A DNA stretch of 64,000 nucleotides from Verrucomicrobiia bacterium (lineage in GTDB: Bacteria > Methylomirabilota > Methylomirabilia > Rokubacteriales > CSP1-6), in assembly GCA_035495415.1 (NCBI GenBank), contig DATJFY010000071.1, positions 1,257-65,256 on the forward strand. The letters are read 5' to 3'. Made by a program: the position numbers and the translations under genes. This document shows, in pieces, positions 44,737 through 52,929 of the stretch. Within the stretch, counting starts at the first letter, position 1. Each line of letters opens with the position of its first letter. The notes beneath the pieces were generated by a model. The model ran no database searches, was not told where the DNA came from, and was given only the letters and a program-made list of their open reading frames with translations.

Positions 44737-45726
44737 ATGCTCACCATGACCAAGCGCGCGCGTATTGCCGCCGCGATCGCGGGCCAGCCCGTGGACCGCG
44801 TGCCCGTGGCCTTCTGGCGTCACGTCCCCGACGTCGACCACACGGCGAAGGGTCTCGCCGATGCGATGCTGGCGTTTCACCGCCGCTGGGACCTCGATCT
44901 CATCAAGATCATGTCGAGCGGCGTCTACTGCGTGGAGGACTGGGGCTGCCGGGTCGCCTATCAGGGCTCGCCCAACGGCGCCAAGAGCTGCACCGAGCAC
45001 GCGGTGAAGACCACGGCCGACTGGGCGCGGCTCACGCTCCTGGATCCCGGCGCGGGCGCGCTCGGCCGCGAGCTGGAAGCCCTACGGCTGATCGTGAAGG
45101 GACGCGCCGACGACGCGCCGGCGCTTCACACGATCTTCTCGCCGCTCACGATCGCGCGGAAGCTCGCGGGTGATCGCCTCGATGCCGACCTCGCCGCCGC
45201 GCCGGCCGCGGTGGAAGCGGCGCTCGAGACGATCGCGACCACCGTGACGCGGTACGCGGCGGCCGCGCGCGCGGCGGGCGCGGACGGCTTCTTCTTCGCG
45301 ACTCAGCACGCGAGCCGGGACGCCCTCTCCGAGCCCGTCTTCCAACGTTACGAGCTGCCCTACATGCGGCGCATTCTCGAGCAACTCACGGCGGGCGGCG
45401 GGCTCACCATGCTGCACCTCCACGGCAGGGACATCTACTTCGACGCCTGCGCGGACCTGCCCGCCGCCATCCTCAACTGGCACGATCGTCTCACCGGTCC
45501 CGCGCTCGCCGAGGGCAAGCGCCGCGGCGCCGTGGCGGCGGGACTGGGCGAGGCGGGGACCCTCCGAAAGGGACCCGTGGAGTCGGTGCGTGCGGAGGCG
45601 ACCGACGCGCTCGCCCAGACGGGCGGGCGCGGCCACGTACTCACCACCGGATGTGTGCTCCCCCTCGACGTGCCCGACGCGCATCTTCAGGCGGTGCTCG
45701 ACGCCGCGCGGAGCTTCCGCGCATGA
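44737..45726 (+). CDS. Uroporphyrinogen-decarboxylase (URO-D) family protein (MtaA/CmuA-like fold)
   Basis: 329 aa. RVPVAFWRH, DLIKIMSSG, FFFATQHASRD, MLHLHG, VLTTGCVLPLD. Family-level call only. Confidence 0.7.
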   Translation: MLTMTKRARIAAAIAGQPVDRVPVAFWRHVPDVDHTAKGLADAMLAFHRRWDLDLIKIMSSGVYCVEDWGCRVAYQGSPNGAKSCTEHAVKTTADWARLTLLDPGAGALGRELEALRLIVKGRADDAPALHTIFSPLTIARKLAGDRLDADLAAAPAAVEAALETIATTVTRYAAAARAAGADGFFFATQHASRDALSEPVFQRYELPYMRRILEQLTAGGGLTMLHLHGRDIYFDACADLPAAILNWHDRLTGPALAEGKRRGAVAAGLGEAGTLRKGPVESVRAEATDALAQTGGRGHVLTTGCVLPLDVPDAHLQAVLDAARSFRA

Positions 45727-47213
45727 GGCGGTTCGTGGCCCGCCCCGCCGCGCTGCTCGTGGCGCTGCTCGTCGCCTCGCCGGCGTGGGCCCAGGGCGAG
45801 CTGCGTGTGGCTATTCCCTGGACACCCGAGAACCTCGACCCGACGATGAATCTCTCCTCGCTCCGCTCGCAGGTGGGCGTGAGCCTGTTCGACTCGCTGG
45901 TCGGACGGGACGCCGACGGCAAGATCGCGGGGGAGCTGGCGGAGTCGTGGCGGGCGCTTGACGACCGCACCTGGCAGCTCAAGCTCCGCCGCGGGGTCAC
46001 GTTCCACAATGGCGAGCCGTTCAACGCCGAGGCGGTGCGCTTCACGTTCCAGCGCGTGCTGAATCCGGAGCAGAAGTCGCCCAACCGCGCCACCGTCTCC
46101 GAGGTCGAGCGGGCGGACGTGGTGGACGACCTCACCGTGAACCTGGTCCTCCGCGCGCCGTACGCGCCGTTTCTCGCGCGGCTGATCGACTTCCCGATGG
46201 TGCCCCCGAAGTACACCACCGAGAAGGGCAATCAGGGCCTGGCCCTCCGGCCCGTCGGCACCGGCCCCTTCCGCTTCGTCGAGCTGGTGAAGGACGATCA
46301 CATGATCGTGGAGGCCTTCGACAAGCATTGGCGGGGGCAGCCGCGGATCAAGAAGATCGTCTTCAAGCCCATCCCGGAGCCTTTCACCCGCGCCGCCGCC
46401 TTGCGCAACGGCGAGATGGATCTCATCACCACGGTGCCGCCCAACATCGCGGCCGAGCTCGACAAGGTGGCGGGGGTGCGCGTGCAGCGCGTTCCCAGCA
46501 CCTGGCAGATCTACCTCGGGCTCAACGCCTTCAAGAAGCCGCTGTCCGATGTCCGCGTGCGCCAGGCCCTCAACTACGCCACCGATGTGGACGCCATCAT
46601 CAAGAACGTGATGGACGGCAACGGTCGGCGGCTGGAAGGCCCCTTCACCCCCAACGTCTTCGGCTTCGACCCCTCGGTGAAGGGCTACGCGTCCGATCCC
46701 GCGCGGGCCCGGCGCCTGCTCGCCGAGGCGGGCTATCCGGACGGCGTGGACGTGACGCTGGACGCGCCCACCGGCCGCTATCAGGGTGACAAGGAGATCG
46801 CCGAGGCGCTGGGCGGGCAGTGGCAGAAGGCCGGCTTCCGTCCGAAGGTGCAGGTGGCGGAGTGGGGCGCCTATTTCAAGAAGTACCTCGGCAAGCAGAT
46901 GCCGGACGCCTATCTCCTCGGCCTCGGCGGGCCCATGCAGGATGCCGACGAGCTCTACAACCTGGTCTCCTCCAAGGGCCGCGGGCTCTACTACAAGAAC
47001 GAGCGGGTGGACGAGCTCTTCGATCAGGGCCGCGCCACCACCGACCCCGCGCGCCGCCGCAAGATCTATGCGGACCTCGCCCGCGCCATGGTCGAGGACG
47101 CGAGCTGGGTGTTCCTGATGCAGCAGGTCGACATCTACGCCACGCGTGACCGCCTGGTCTGGACGCCCCGGGCCGACCAGTGGCTGCTCTTCCACTCGGC
47201 CACGCTCAAGTAG
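45723..47213 (+). CDS. Family-5 (peptide/nickel-type) ABC substrate-binding protein
   Basis: ATG overlaps the upstream stop (ATGA). Signal peptide MRRFVARPAALLVALLVASPAWAQG. GTGPFRFVELVKDDHMIVEAFDKHW, VRVRQALNYATD. Confidence 0.9.
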   Translation: MRRFVARPAALLVALLVASPAWAQGELRVAIPWTPENLDPTMNLSSLRSQVGVSLFDSLVGRDADGKIAGELAESWRALDDRTWQLKLRRGVTFHNGEPFNAEAVRFTFQRVLNPEQKSPNRATVSEVERADVVDDLTVNLVLRAPYAPFLARLIDFPMVPPKYTTEKGNQGLALRPVGTGPFRFVELVKDDHMIVEAFDKHWRGQPRIKKIVFKPIPEPFTRAAALRNGEMDLITTVPPNIAAELDKVAGVRVQRVPSTWQIYLGLNAFKKPLSDVRVRQALNYATDVDAIIKNVMDGNGRRLEGPFTPNVFGFDPSVKGYASDPARARRLLAEAGYPDGVDVTLDAPTGRYQGDKEIAEALGGQWQKAGFRPKVQVAEWGAYFKKYLGKQMPDAYLLGLGGPMQDADELYNLVSSKGRGLYYKNERVDELFDQGRATTDPARRRKIYADLARAMVEDASWVFLMQQVDIYATRDRLVWTPRADQWLLFHSATLK

Positions 47214-47217
47214 TAGC

Positions 47218-48009
47218 GTGCCGGCGCTTCTCGAGATCAGCGGCCTCCGCCGCGCCTTCTTTGGCGTCCAGGCCTTGACCGGCGCCGACCTGCGCGTGCG
47301 CGCGGGCACCATCACGGGCCTGATCGGCCCCAATGGGGCGGGGAAGACCACGCTCTTCAACTGCGTCTCGGGGTTGATTCCGCCCGACGCCGGCCGTGTC
47401 GTCTTCGACGGTGAGGACATCACGGGGTGGCGGGCCGACCGGGTTACGCGACGAGGGCTCGTGCGCACGTTCCAGATCGCGCGCGGCTTCCCGCGGCTGT
47501 CCGTGCTGGAAAACCTCATGCTCTACGGCGCGCAGCAGCCCGGGGAGTCACTGTGGCGCGCGCTCGCCCGGCCGCCCGCGGTCGCCGAGCGCGAGGACGT
47601 TCTGCGGGGGCGCGCCTTCGCGGTGGCGCGGCGCCTCAACTTGACGCCGGTGGTGAACGCGGCGGCGTCCGATCTCTCGGGCGGGCAGAAGAAGCTGCTC
47701 GAGCTGGGTCGCGCCCTCATGACCGATCCCAAGCTGATCCTGCTCGACGAGCCAATCGCGGGCGTTAACCCCACCCTGGCCGGCGACATCGCCCGGCATC
47801 TGGAGTCGCTGCGCGTCGACGGCATCACCTTCCTGATCATCGAGCATCATCTCGACGTGATCGCGCGTCTCTGCGACCCGGTGATCGTGCTCGCGGAGGG
47901 CCGTCATCTCGCGGAGGGATCTTTCGCGGCACTTGCCGCCGACCCGCGGGTCCAGGCAGCGTACATGGGGAGTAGGCGGGTTGGCGAGCCGCAGCCGCAG
48001 GCGAGGTGA
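47218..48009 (+). CDS. livG: Branched-chain amino acid ABC transporter ATPase (LivG type)
   Basis: GTG start. GLIGPNGAGKTTLFN, LSGGQKKLLELGRAL, LLDEP. Confidence 0.9.
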   Translation: MPALLEISGLRRAFFGVQALTGADLRVRAGTITGLIGPNGAGKTTLFNCVSGLIPPDAGRVVFDGEDITGWRADRVTRRGLVRTFQIARGFPRLSVLENLMLYGAQQPGESLWRALARPPAVAEREDVLRGRAFAVARRLNLTPVVNAAASDLSGGQKKLLELGRALMTDPKLILLDEPIAGVNPTLAGDIARHLESLRVDGITFLIIEHHLDVIARLCDPVIVLAEGRHLAEGSFAALAADPRVQAAYMGSRRVGEPQPQAR

Positions 48010-48046
48010 GCGAATCCATGATGGAATCCGAGCGGAGCGAGGCCGC

Positions 48047-48760
48047 GTGAGTCTCCTCGCGTGCGAGGGAGTCGTCGCCGGCTACAGCGCCGCCGACGAG
48101 GTGCTGAAGGGCGTGGACCTCACCATCGAGCGCGGCGAGATCGTGAGCATCATCGGCCCGAACGGCGCGGGCAAGTCCACCCTGCTCAAGGTGGTCGCGG
48201 GGATCCTGACGCCGAGCCGCGGCTCCGTCCGGCTGGGCGACCGCGCCATCCAGGGCCGCCCCCCGCGGGAGATCTCCGCGCTCGGCGTGGCGTTCGTGCC
48301 CCAGGAGCAGAACATCTTCCCCACGATGTCCGTCCGCGAGAACCTCGAGATCGGGGGCTATGTGGACCCCTCGGGCGCCCGCCGGAGGATCGACGCGATC
48401 TTCGCGCGCTTCCCCGCGCTCGCCGAGAAGCGCCGCCACGCCGCGCGCACGCTCTCGGGCGGGCAGCGGCAGATGCTGGCGATGGCGATGGCGCTGATGG
48501 TGGAGCCCACCCTGCTGCTGCTCGACGAGCCCTCCGCGGGCCTGGCCCCCCAGGCGGCGGAGCGCCTCTTCGAGACCATCGCCGCCATCAATGCGGACGG
48601 CGTGTCCATTGCCATGGTGGAGCAGAACGCACTCGAGGCCCTCGCCATCGCCCGGCGCGGTTATATTCTGGTGGACGGCCGGAACAGCCGGACCGGCCCC
48701 GCCGCCGAGCTGGCGGCGGACGCGGAGGTCCGGCGCATCTTCCTGGGAGGCTCACTATGA
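48047..48760 (+). CDS. livF: Branched-chain amino acid ABC transporter ATPase (LivF type)
   Basis: GTG start. IIGPNGAGKSTLLK, LSGGQRQMLAMAMAL, LLLDEPSAGLAP. Confidence 0.9.
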   Translation: MSLLACEGVVAGYSAADEVLKGVDLTIERGEIVSIIGPNGAGKSTLLKVVAGILTPSRGSVRLGDRAIQGRPPREISALGVAFVPQEQNIFPTMSVRENLEIGGYVDPSGARRRIDAIFARFPALAEKRRHAARTLSGGQRQMLAMAMALMVEPTLLLLDEPSAGLAPQAAERLFETIAAINADGVSIAMVEQNALEALAIARRGYILVDGRNSRTGPAAELAADAEVRRIFLGGSL

Positions 48761-49383
48761 CGTTCAAGGACGTGGTGACGTCGGTGGAGGAGCTGCGCGC
48801 GCTGATGGGCGAGCCGAGCGAGCTGGCACTGCGCAAGGACATCGGCCGCCTCGATCACCATTGCCGCGCGTTCATCACGCGCTCGCCGTTCGTGCTGATC
48901 GCGACGGCGGACCGGTCCGGCCGCTGCGACGTGAGCCCCAAGGGCGACGGGCCCGGGTTCGTCCAGGTGCTGGACGAGCGGCACCTGGTCATCCCCGACC
49001 GCCCGGGAAACAAGCGCTTCGACGGCATCCGCAATCTCCTCGAGAACCCCGGGATCGGCCTCATCTTCCTGCTGCCGCGCAGCGAGGAGACCCTGCGGGT
49101 GAACGGCCGGGCTCAGATCGTGCGCGACCCCGACGTGCTGGCGCGTTTCGCGGTCCAGGGCAAGCTGCCGCAGCTCGCCATCGCCGTCGAGGTGCAGGAG
49201 AGCTTCCTCCACTGCGCGAAGTGCGTGAAGCGCTCGGGGCTGTGGGACGCGGAGAAGTGGCCCGACCTCACCGGGCTGGCCTCGGCCGCTCAGATGCTCC
49301 ACGACCATGCCCGCCCGAAGGACATGACGGTCGAGGCCATGCAGGACCGGCTGCAGGACGGCTACCGAAAGAATCTCTACTGA
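48757..49383 (+). CDS. Pyridoxamine 5'-phosphate oxidase-family (split-barrel flavin-binding) protein
   Basis: ATG overlaps the livF stop (ATGA). FVLIATADRSGRCDVSPKGD, PGNKRFDGIRN, LRVNGRA. Confidence 0.75.
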   Translation: MTFKDVVTSVEELRALMGEPSELALRKDIGRLDHHCRAFITRSPFVLIATADRSGRCDVSPKGDGPGFVQVLDERHLVIPDRPGNKRFDGIRNLLENPGIGLIFLLPRSEETLRVNGRAQIVRDPDVLARFAVQGKLPQLAIAVEVQESFLHCAKCVKRSGLWDAEKWPDLTGLASAAQMLHDHARPKDMTVEAMQDRLQDGYRKNLY

Positions 49384-49414
49384 GCGCGGCCGCGGGCCGC
49401 GAGGAGACCTCACG

Positions 49415-50632
49415 ATGAGCGATGACTCGACCCGCATCTCCCGCCGCGCCGTGCTGGCCGGCGCTACCGCGCTGGGTGCGGCGGCCCTCGCGCCGCGGCT
49501 CGCGCGCGCGCAGGGCGGCGCCATCCGCCTCGGCACCTTGACCCCGCTCACCGGCGCCGGCGGACCGTATGGCCCGCCCATGCGCCGGGCGATGGAGTGG
49601 GTGGTCGGCGAGGTGAACGCCGCCGGCGGCGTGCTCGGCCGCAAGATCGAGCTCGCGAGCGAGGACGACCAGACCAACCCCGAAGCGGCGGTGCGCGCGG
49701 CGCGCAAGCTCATCGACGTGGACAAGGTCGCGGCGATCATGGGCACCTGGGCTTCCGCCGTCACCACCGCGGTGGCGCCGCTCTGCTGGGAGTCCAAGAC
49801 GTTCCTCACCACCGTGTCCGGGTCGGACACCATCACGCAGCTGCCGCACCAGGGCTATCTCGTCCGCACCCAGCCGAACACGCACCTGCAGATCGGCAAG
49901 CTCGGCGAGTTCATCCTCTCGCTCAAGTCCAAGCGCGTGTTCGTGCTGGCCGCGCAGACGCCGTTCGCGGTGCCGTCGCAGAAGCGCCTCGCCGAGGTGC
50001 TCGGCAAGGGCGGCGGCTCCGAATTGGCGGGCAGCGTGATCTACGACAAGGACAAGACGACCTTCCGGTCGGAGATCGACCAGGCCCTCAAGGCAAGGCC
50101 GGACATGATCTATCTCAATGGCTACACGCCGGACACCACCGTGGTGATGAAGGAGCTCTACAAGGCCGGTTACACCGGCGCCAAGATCGCCCAGGGCTAC
50201 GCGGTGAACCAGAAGCTGCTCGACTCCATGCCCGCAGAGGTGTCGGACGGCACCTACACCGCCACGCCGTCGCCCGCGGTCGACTCGGCGGGCTACAAGC
50301 GGCTGGCCAAGTTCCTGGGCAGCGCGGATCTCGATCCGTATTCCTGCCAGTGCCACGATCACGCCAGCCTGGTGATCCTCGCGATCGCCAAGGCCAAGGG
50401 CGAGGCGACCGGCGCCGCCATCAAGGACAACGTGCGGAAGATCTCCCAGGGCGGCGGCGTCAAGGTCGACAACGCGGTGGAAGGGCTCAAGCTCCTCGCC
50501 CAGGGCAAAGAGGTGAACTACGAGGGCGCCAGCGGGCCCTGCGACTTCACCGACACCGGGGACATCATCGACTGCAAGATCCGCTTCGACCAGGCCGAGA
50601 AGGGCAAGTTCAAGCCGGTGACCATTCTCTAG
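49415..50632 (+). CDS. LivK/LivJ-type (family 4) periplasmic amino-acid-binding protein with Tat-like signal
   Basis: MSDDSTRISRRAVLAGATALGAAALAPRLARAQ. IRLGTLTPLTGAGGPYG, VNAAGGVLGRKIEL, DDQTNPEAAV. Confidence 0.9.
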   Translation: MSDDSTRISRRAVLAGATALGAAALAPRLARAQGGAIRLGTLTPLTGAGGPYGPPMRRAMEWVVGEVNAAGGVLGRKIELASEDDQTNPEAAVRAARKLIDVDKVAAIMGTWASAVTTAVAPLCWESKTFLTTVSGSDTITQLPHQGYLVRTQPNTHLQIGKLGEFILSLKSKRVFVLAAQTPFAVPSQKRLAEVLGKGGGSELAGSVIYDKDKTTFRSEIDQALKARPDMIYLNGYTPDTTVVMKELYKAGYTGAKIAQGYAVNQKLLDSMPAEVSDGTYTATPSPAVDSAGYKRLAKFLGSADLDPYSCQCHDHASLVILAIAKAKGEATGAAIKDNVRKISQGGGVKVDNAVEGLKLLAQGKEVNYEGASGPCDFTDTGDIIDCKIRFDQAEKGKFKPVTIL

Positions 50633-50635
50633 CGC

Positions 50636-51499
50636 GTGAGCGAGGTCGCACAGCTCCTCGTCAACGGCCTGGTGGCCGGCACCATCCTCGCGGTGCCGGC
50701 CATCGGCTTCACCGCCATCTACGCGGTGCTCCGCTTCCCCAACTTCACGGTGGCCTCCCACGCGACCATCGGCGCCTTCGCCGGCTACGTCGCCAACACC
50801 GCGGGCGGCCTCCCCGCGTGGGCCGCGGTGGGCGTCGCCTTCCTGGTGGCGGGCGCGGCCGGCGTGGTGAACGACGAGATCGTCCTCAAGCCGCTGCGGC
50901 CCGCCGGCGCGCTCACCGCGGCCATTGCCGCCATCGCCCTCACCATCGTGCTCGAGAACGTCGTGCGCTTCATCTGGGGCAACGACCTCCGCGGCTACGA
51001 CCTGCCCATCCGCCGCGACTGGCAGTGGGCCGGACTGCGCATCGGCCCGCAACAGGTGGAGAACCTCGCCATCGCCGTCCTCGCCATGGCCGTGCTGTTC
51101 CTCTTCCTCGCCTTCACCCGCACCGGCAAGGCCATGCGTGCGGTGGCCGACAATCCCATGCTCGCGGGGATCAAGGGGATCAATGCCGACACGGTGGCGC
51201 GGCTGGTCAACTTCGTCGGGATGGGCCTGGCCGGGGTCGGCGGCATGCTGCTGGGGCTCGACACCAGCATCGACCCGCTCACCGGCTTTCGGGTGATCCT
51301 CTCCGTGTTCGCGGCCGCGGTGGTGGGCGGGCTCGGCTCGATTCCCGGCGCGGTGGTGGGCGCGCTCACCATCGGCGTGGCCGAGGAGCTCTCGCTCCTC
51401 TCCCTGGCGCCGGCCTACCGCACCGCGGTGGGCTTCGCGGCCATCCTGATGGTGCTCACGCTGCGTCCCCGCGGCCTTCTCGGCGAGCGGGCGTACTGA
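50636..51499 (+). CDS. livH: Branched-chain amino acid ABC permease (LivH type)
   Basis: 287 aa, multi-TM. LVNGLVAGTILAVPAIGFTAIYAV. Confidence 0.9.
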   Translation: MSEVAQLLVNGLVAGTILAVPAIGFTAIYAVLRFPNFTVASHATIGAFAGYVANTAGGLPAWAAVGVAFLVAGAAGVVNDEIVLKPLRPAGALTAAIAAIALTIVLENVVRFIWGNDLRGYDLPIRRDWQWAGLRIGPQQVENLAIAVLAMAVLFLFLAFTRTGKAMRAVADNPMLAGIKGINADTVARLVNFVGMGLAGVGGMLLGLDTSIDPLTGFRVILSVFAAAVVGGLGSIPGAVVGALTIGVAEELSLLSLAPAYRTAVGFAAILMVLTLRPRGLLGERAY

Positions 51500-51511
51500 G
51501 GAGGTCGGCTC

Positions 51512-52429
51512 GTGGAAGGCTACCTCGTCGCCATGGCCACGTTCGCCGCGTTCTACGCGCTCCTCGCGCTGGGGCTGAACCTCGTGTGGGGCATGACGGG
51601 CATGATCAACCTCGGCCTGGTGGGGTTCTACGCCGTGGGAGCCTACGTCTCCGCGCTCCTCACGAAGAAGGCGGGCTGGCCGATGCCCGCGGGGCTGCTC
51701 GCCGCCATGCTGATCACCGCCGTCGCCGGCACGGTCATGGCGCTGGTCACCGCGCGGCTGCGCGGCGACTACCTCGCCATCATCACGCTGGGCTTTTCCG
51801 AGGTGGTGCGCCTCGTCGCGGCCAACGAGATCTGGCTCACCAACGGCACCGACGGCATCTCGGGGATTCCGGGGCCGTGGCGCGGGCAGGTGACGCCGGC
51901 CACCTTCAATCTGATCTATCTCGGCCTCGCCACCGTCGCCGTCGCCGTCGTCTACCTGGCGATGCAGCGCGTGCGTCACTCGCCGTACGGCCGCGTGCTG
52001 CGCGCCATCCGCGACGACGATCAGGTCGCGGCGGTGGCGGGCAAGCCGGTGATCGCGTTCAAGGTCGAGGCGTTCGCGGTGAGCGCGGCGGTGCTCGGCC
52101 TGGCCGGCGCGCTCTACGGGCACTACACGTCCTACATCGCGCCGGAGGGCTTCGTGCCGCTCATCTCGATCTACATCGTGCTGGCCCTCACCGCGGGCGG
52201 GACCGGCAGCAACACCGGCGCGGTGGCGGGTGCCTTTCTCGTGGTGTTCTTCCTCGAATCCACGCGCTTCGTCACTGGCGCGCTGCCCGGCCTCAAGCCC
52301 GTGCAGGTGGCGGCGGTGCGTGAGTTTCTGATCGGCGCGAGCCTGATCGTCGTGCTCCGCATGCGCCCCTCCGGCCTCGTGCCCGAGCGTATGCCGCGCC
52401 ATGCGCCACCCGCGGGAGTCGCGAGTTGA
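51512..52429 (+). CDS. livM: Branched-chain amino acid ABC permease (LivM type)
   Basis: 305 aa, multi-TM. LALGLNLVWGMTGMINLGLVGFYAVGAY. Confidence 0.9.
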   Translation: MEGYLVAMATFAAFYALLALGLNLVWGMTGMINLGLVGFYAVGAYVSALLTKKAGWPMPAGLLAAMLITAVAGTVMALVTARLRGDYLAIITLGFSEVVRLVAANEIWLTNGTDGISGIPGPWRGQVTPATFNLIYLGLATVAVAVVYLAMQRVRHSPYGRVLRAIRDDDQVAAVAGKPVIAFKVEAFAVSAAVLGLAGALYGHYTSYIAPEGFVPLISIYIVLALTAGGTGSNTGAVAGAFLVVFFLESTRFVTGALPGLKPVQVAAVREFLIGASLIVVLRMRPSGLVPERMPRHAPPAGVAS

Positions 52430-52929
52430 CGCGGAAGCAGGCGGGCGTCGACCCCGCGCCGCATCTCGCGGCGGTGGCCGCCGCTCTCGCGCGCCCGGGG
52501 CAGCCCGAACCGCTGTGGGCCGCCCTCGACGCCGCGCTGGGGGCGGTCATCGGCCACAAGCTCTTCACCGTGCTGCGCTTCCACGCGGACTCACGCGAGT
52601 CAGAGCGCTGCTACACGAACCAGCCGGTGGCCTACCCGGTCGGCGGCCGCAAGACGTTCAACGAGAGCGCATGGTCGCGGCAGCTGTTCGTGGAGCGACA
52701 GCCGTACATCGGAAGAACCGCGGAGCACATCCGATCCGTCTTCTTCGACCACGCCCTGATCGCGTCGCTGGGCTGCGACTCGGTGTTGAACGTGCCGGTG
52801 GCGTACGACGGCCGCGTGCTGGGGACGCTGAATCTCCTGCACGAGGCGGGCTGGTACGACGAGGGAGACGTGCCGCCCGCGCTGCTCTTCGCCGCGCTGG
52901 CCGTGCCGGGCTATCTGACCCTGCCCTAG
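52426..52929 (+). CDS. GAF-domain-like small protein
   Basis: 167 aa. TTG start overlaps the livM stop. NVPVAYDGRVLGTLNLLH is GAF-like. Family call is tentative. Confidence 0.55.
   Translation: MTRKQAGVDPAPHLAAVAAALARPGQPEPLWAALDAALGAVIGHKLFTVLRFHADSRESERCYTNQPVAYPVGGRKTFNESAWSRQLFVERQPYIGRTAEHIRSVFFDHALIASLGCDSVLNVPVAYDGRVLGTLNLLHEAGWYDEGDVPPALLFAALAVPGYLTLP

Noticed and set aside
49268-52402. 1044-aa ORF on the minus strand
   Set aside because: It is antisense to the livK-like, livH and livM genes, which have clear family motifs. Its translation is Arg/Gly/His-rich low-complexity sequence, typical of spurious antisense ORFs in GC-rich DNA.
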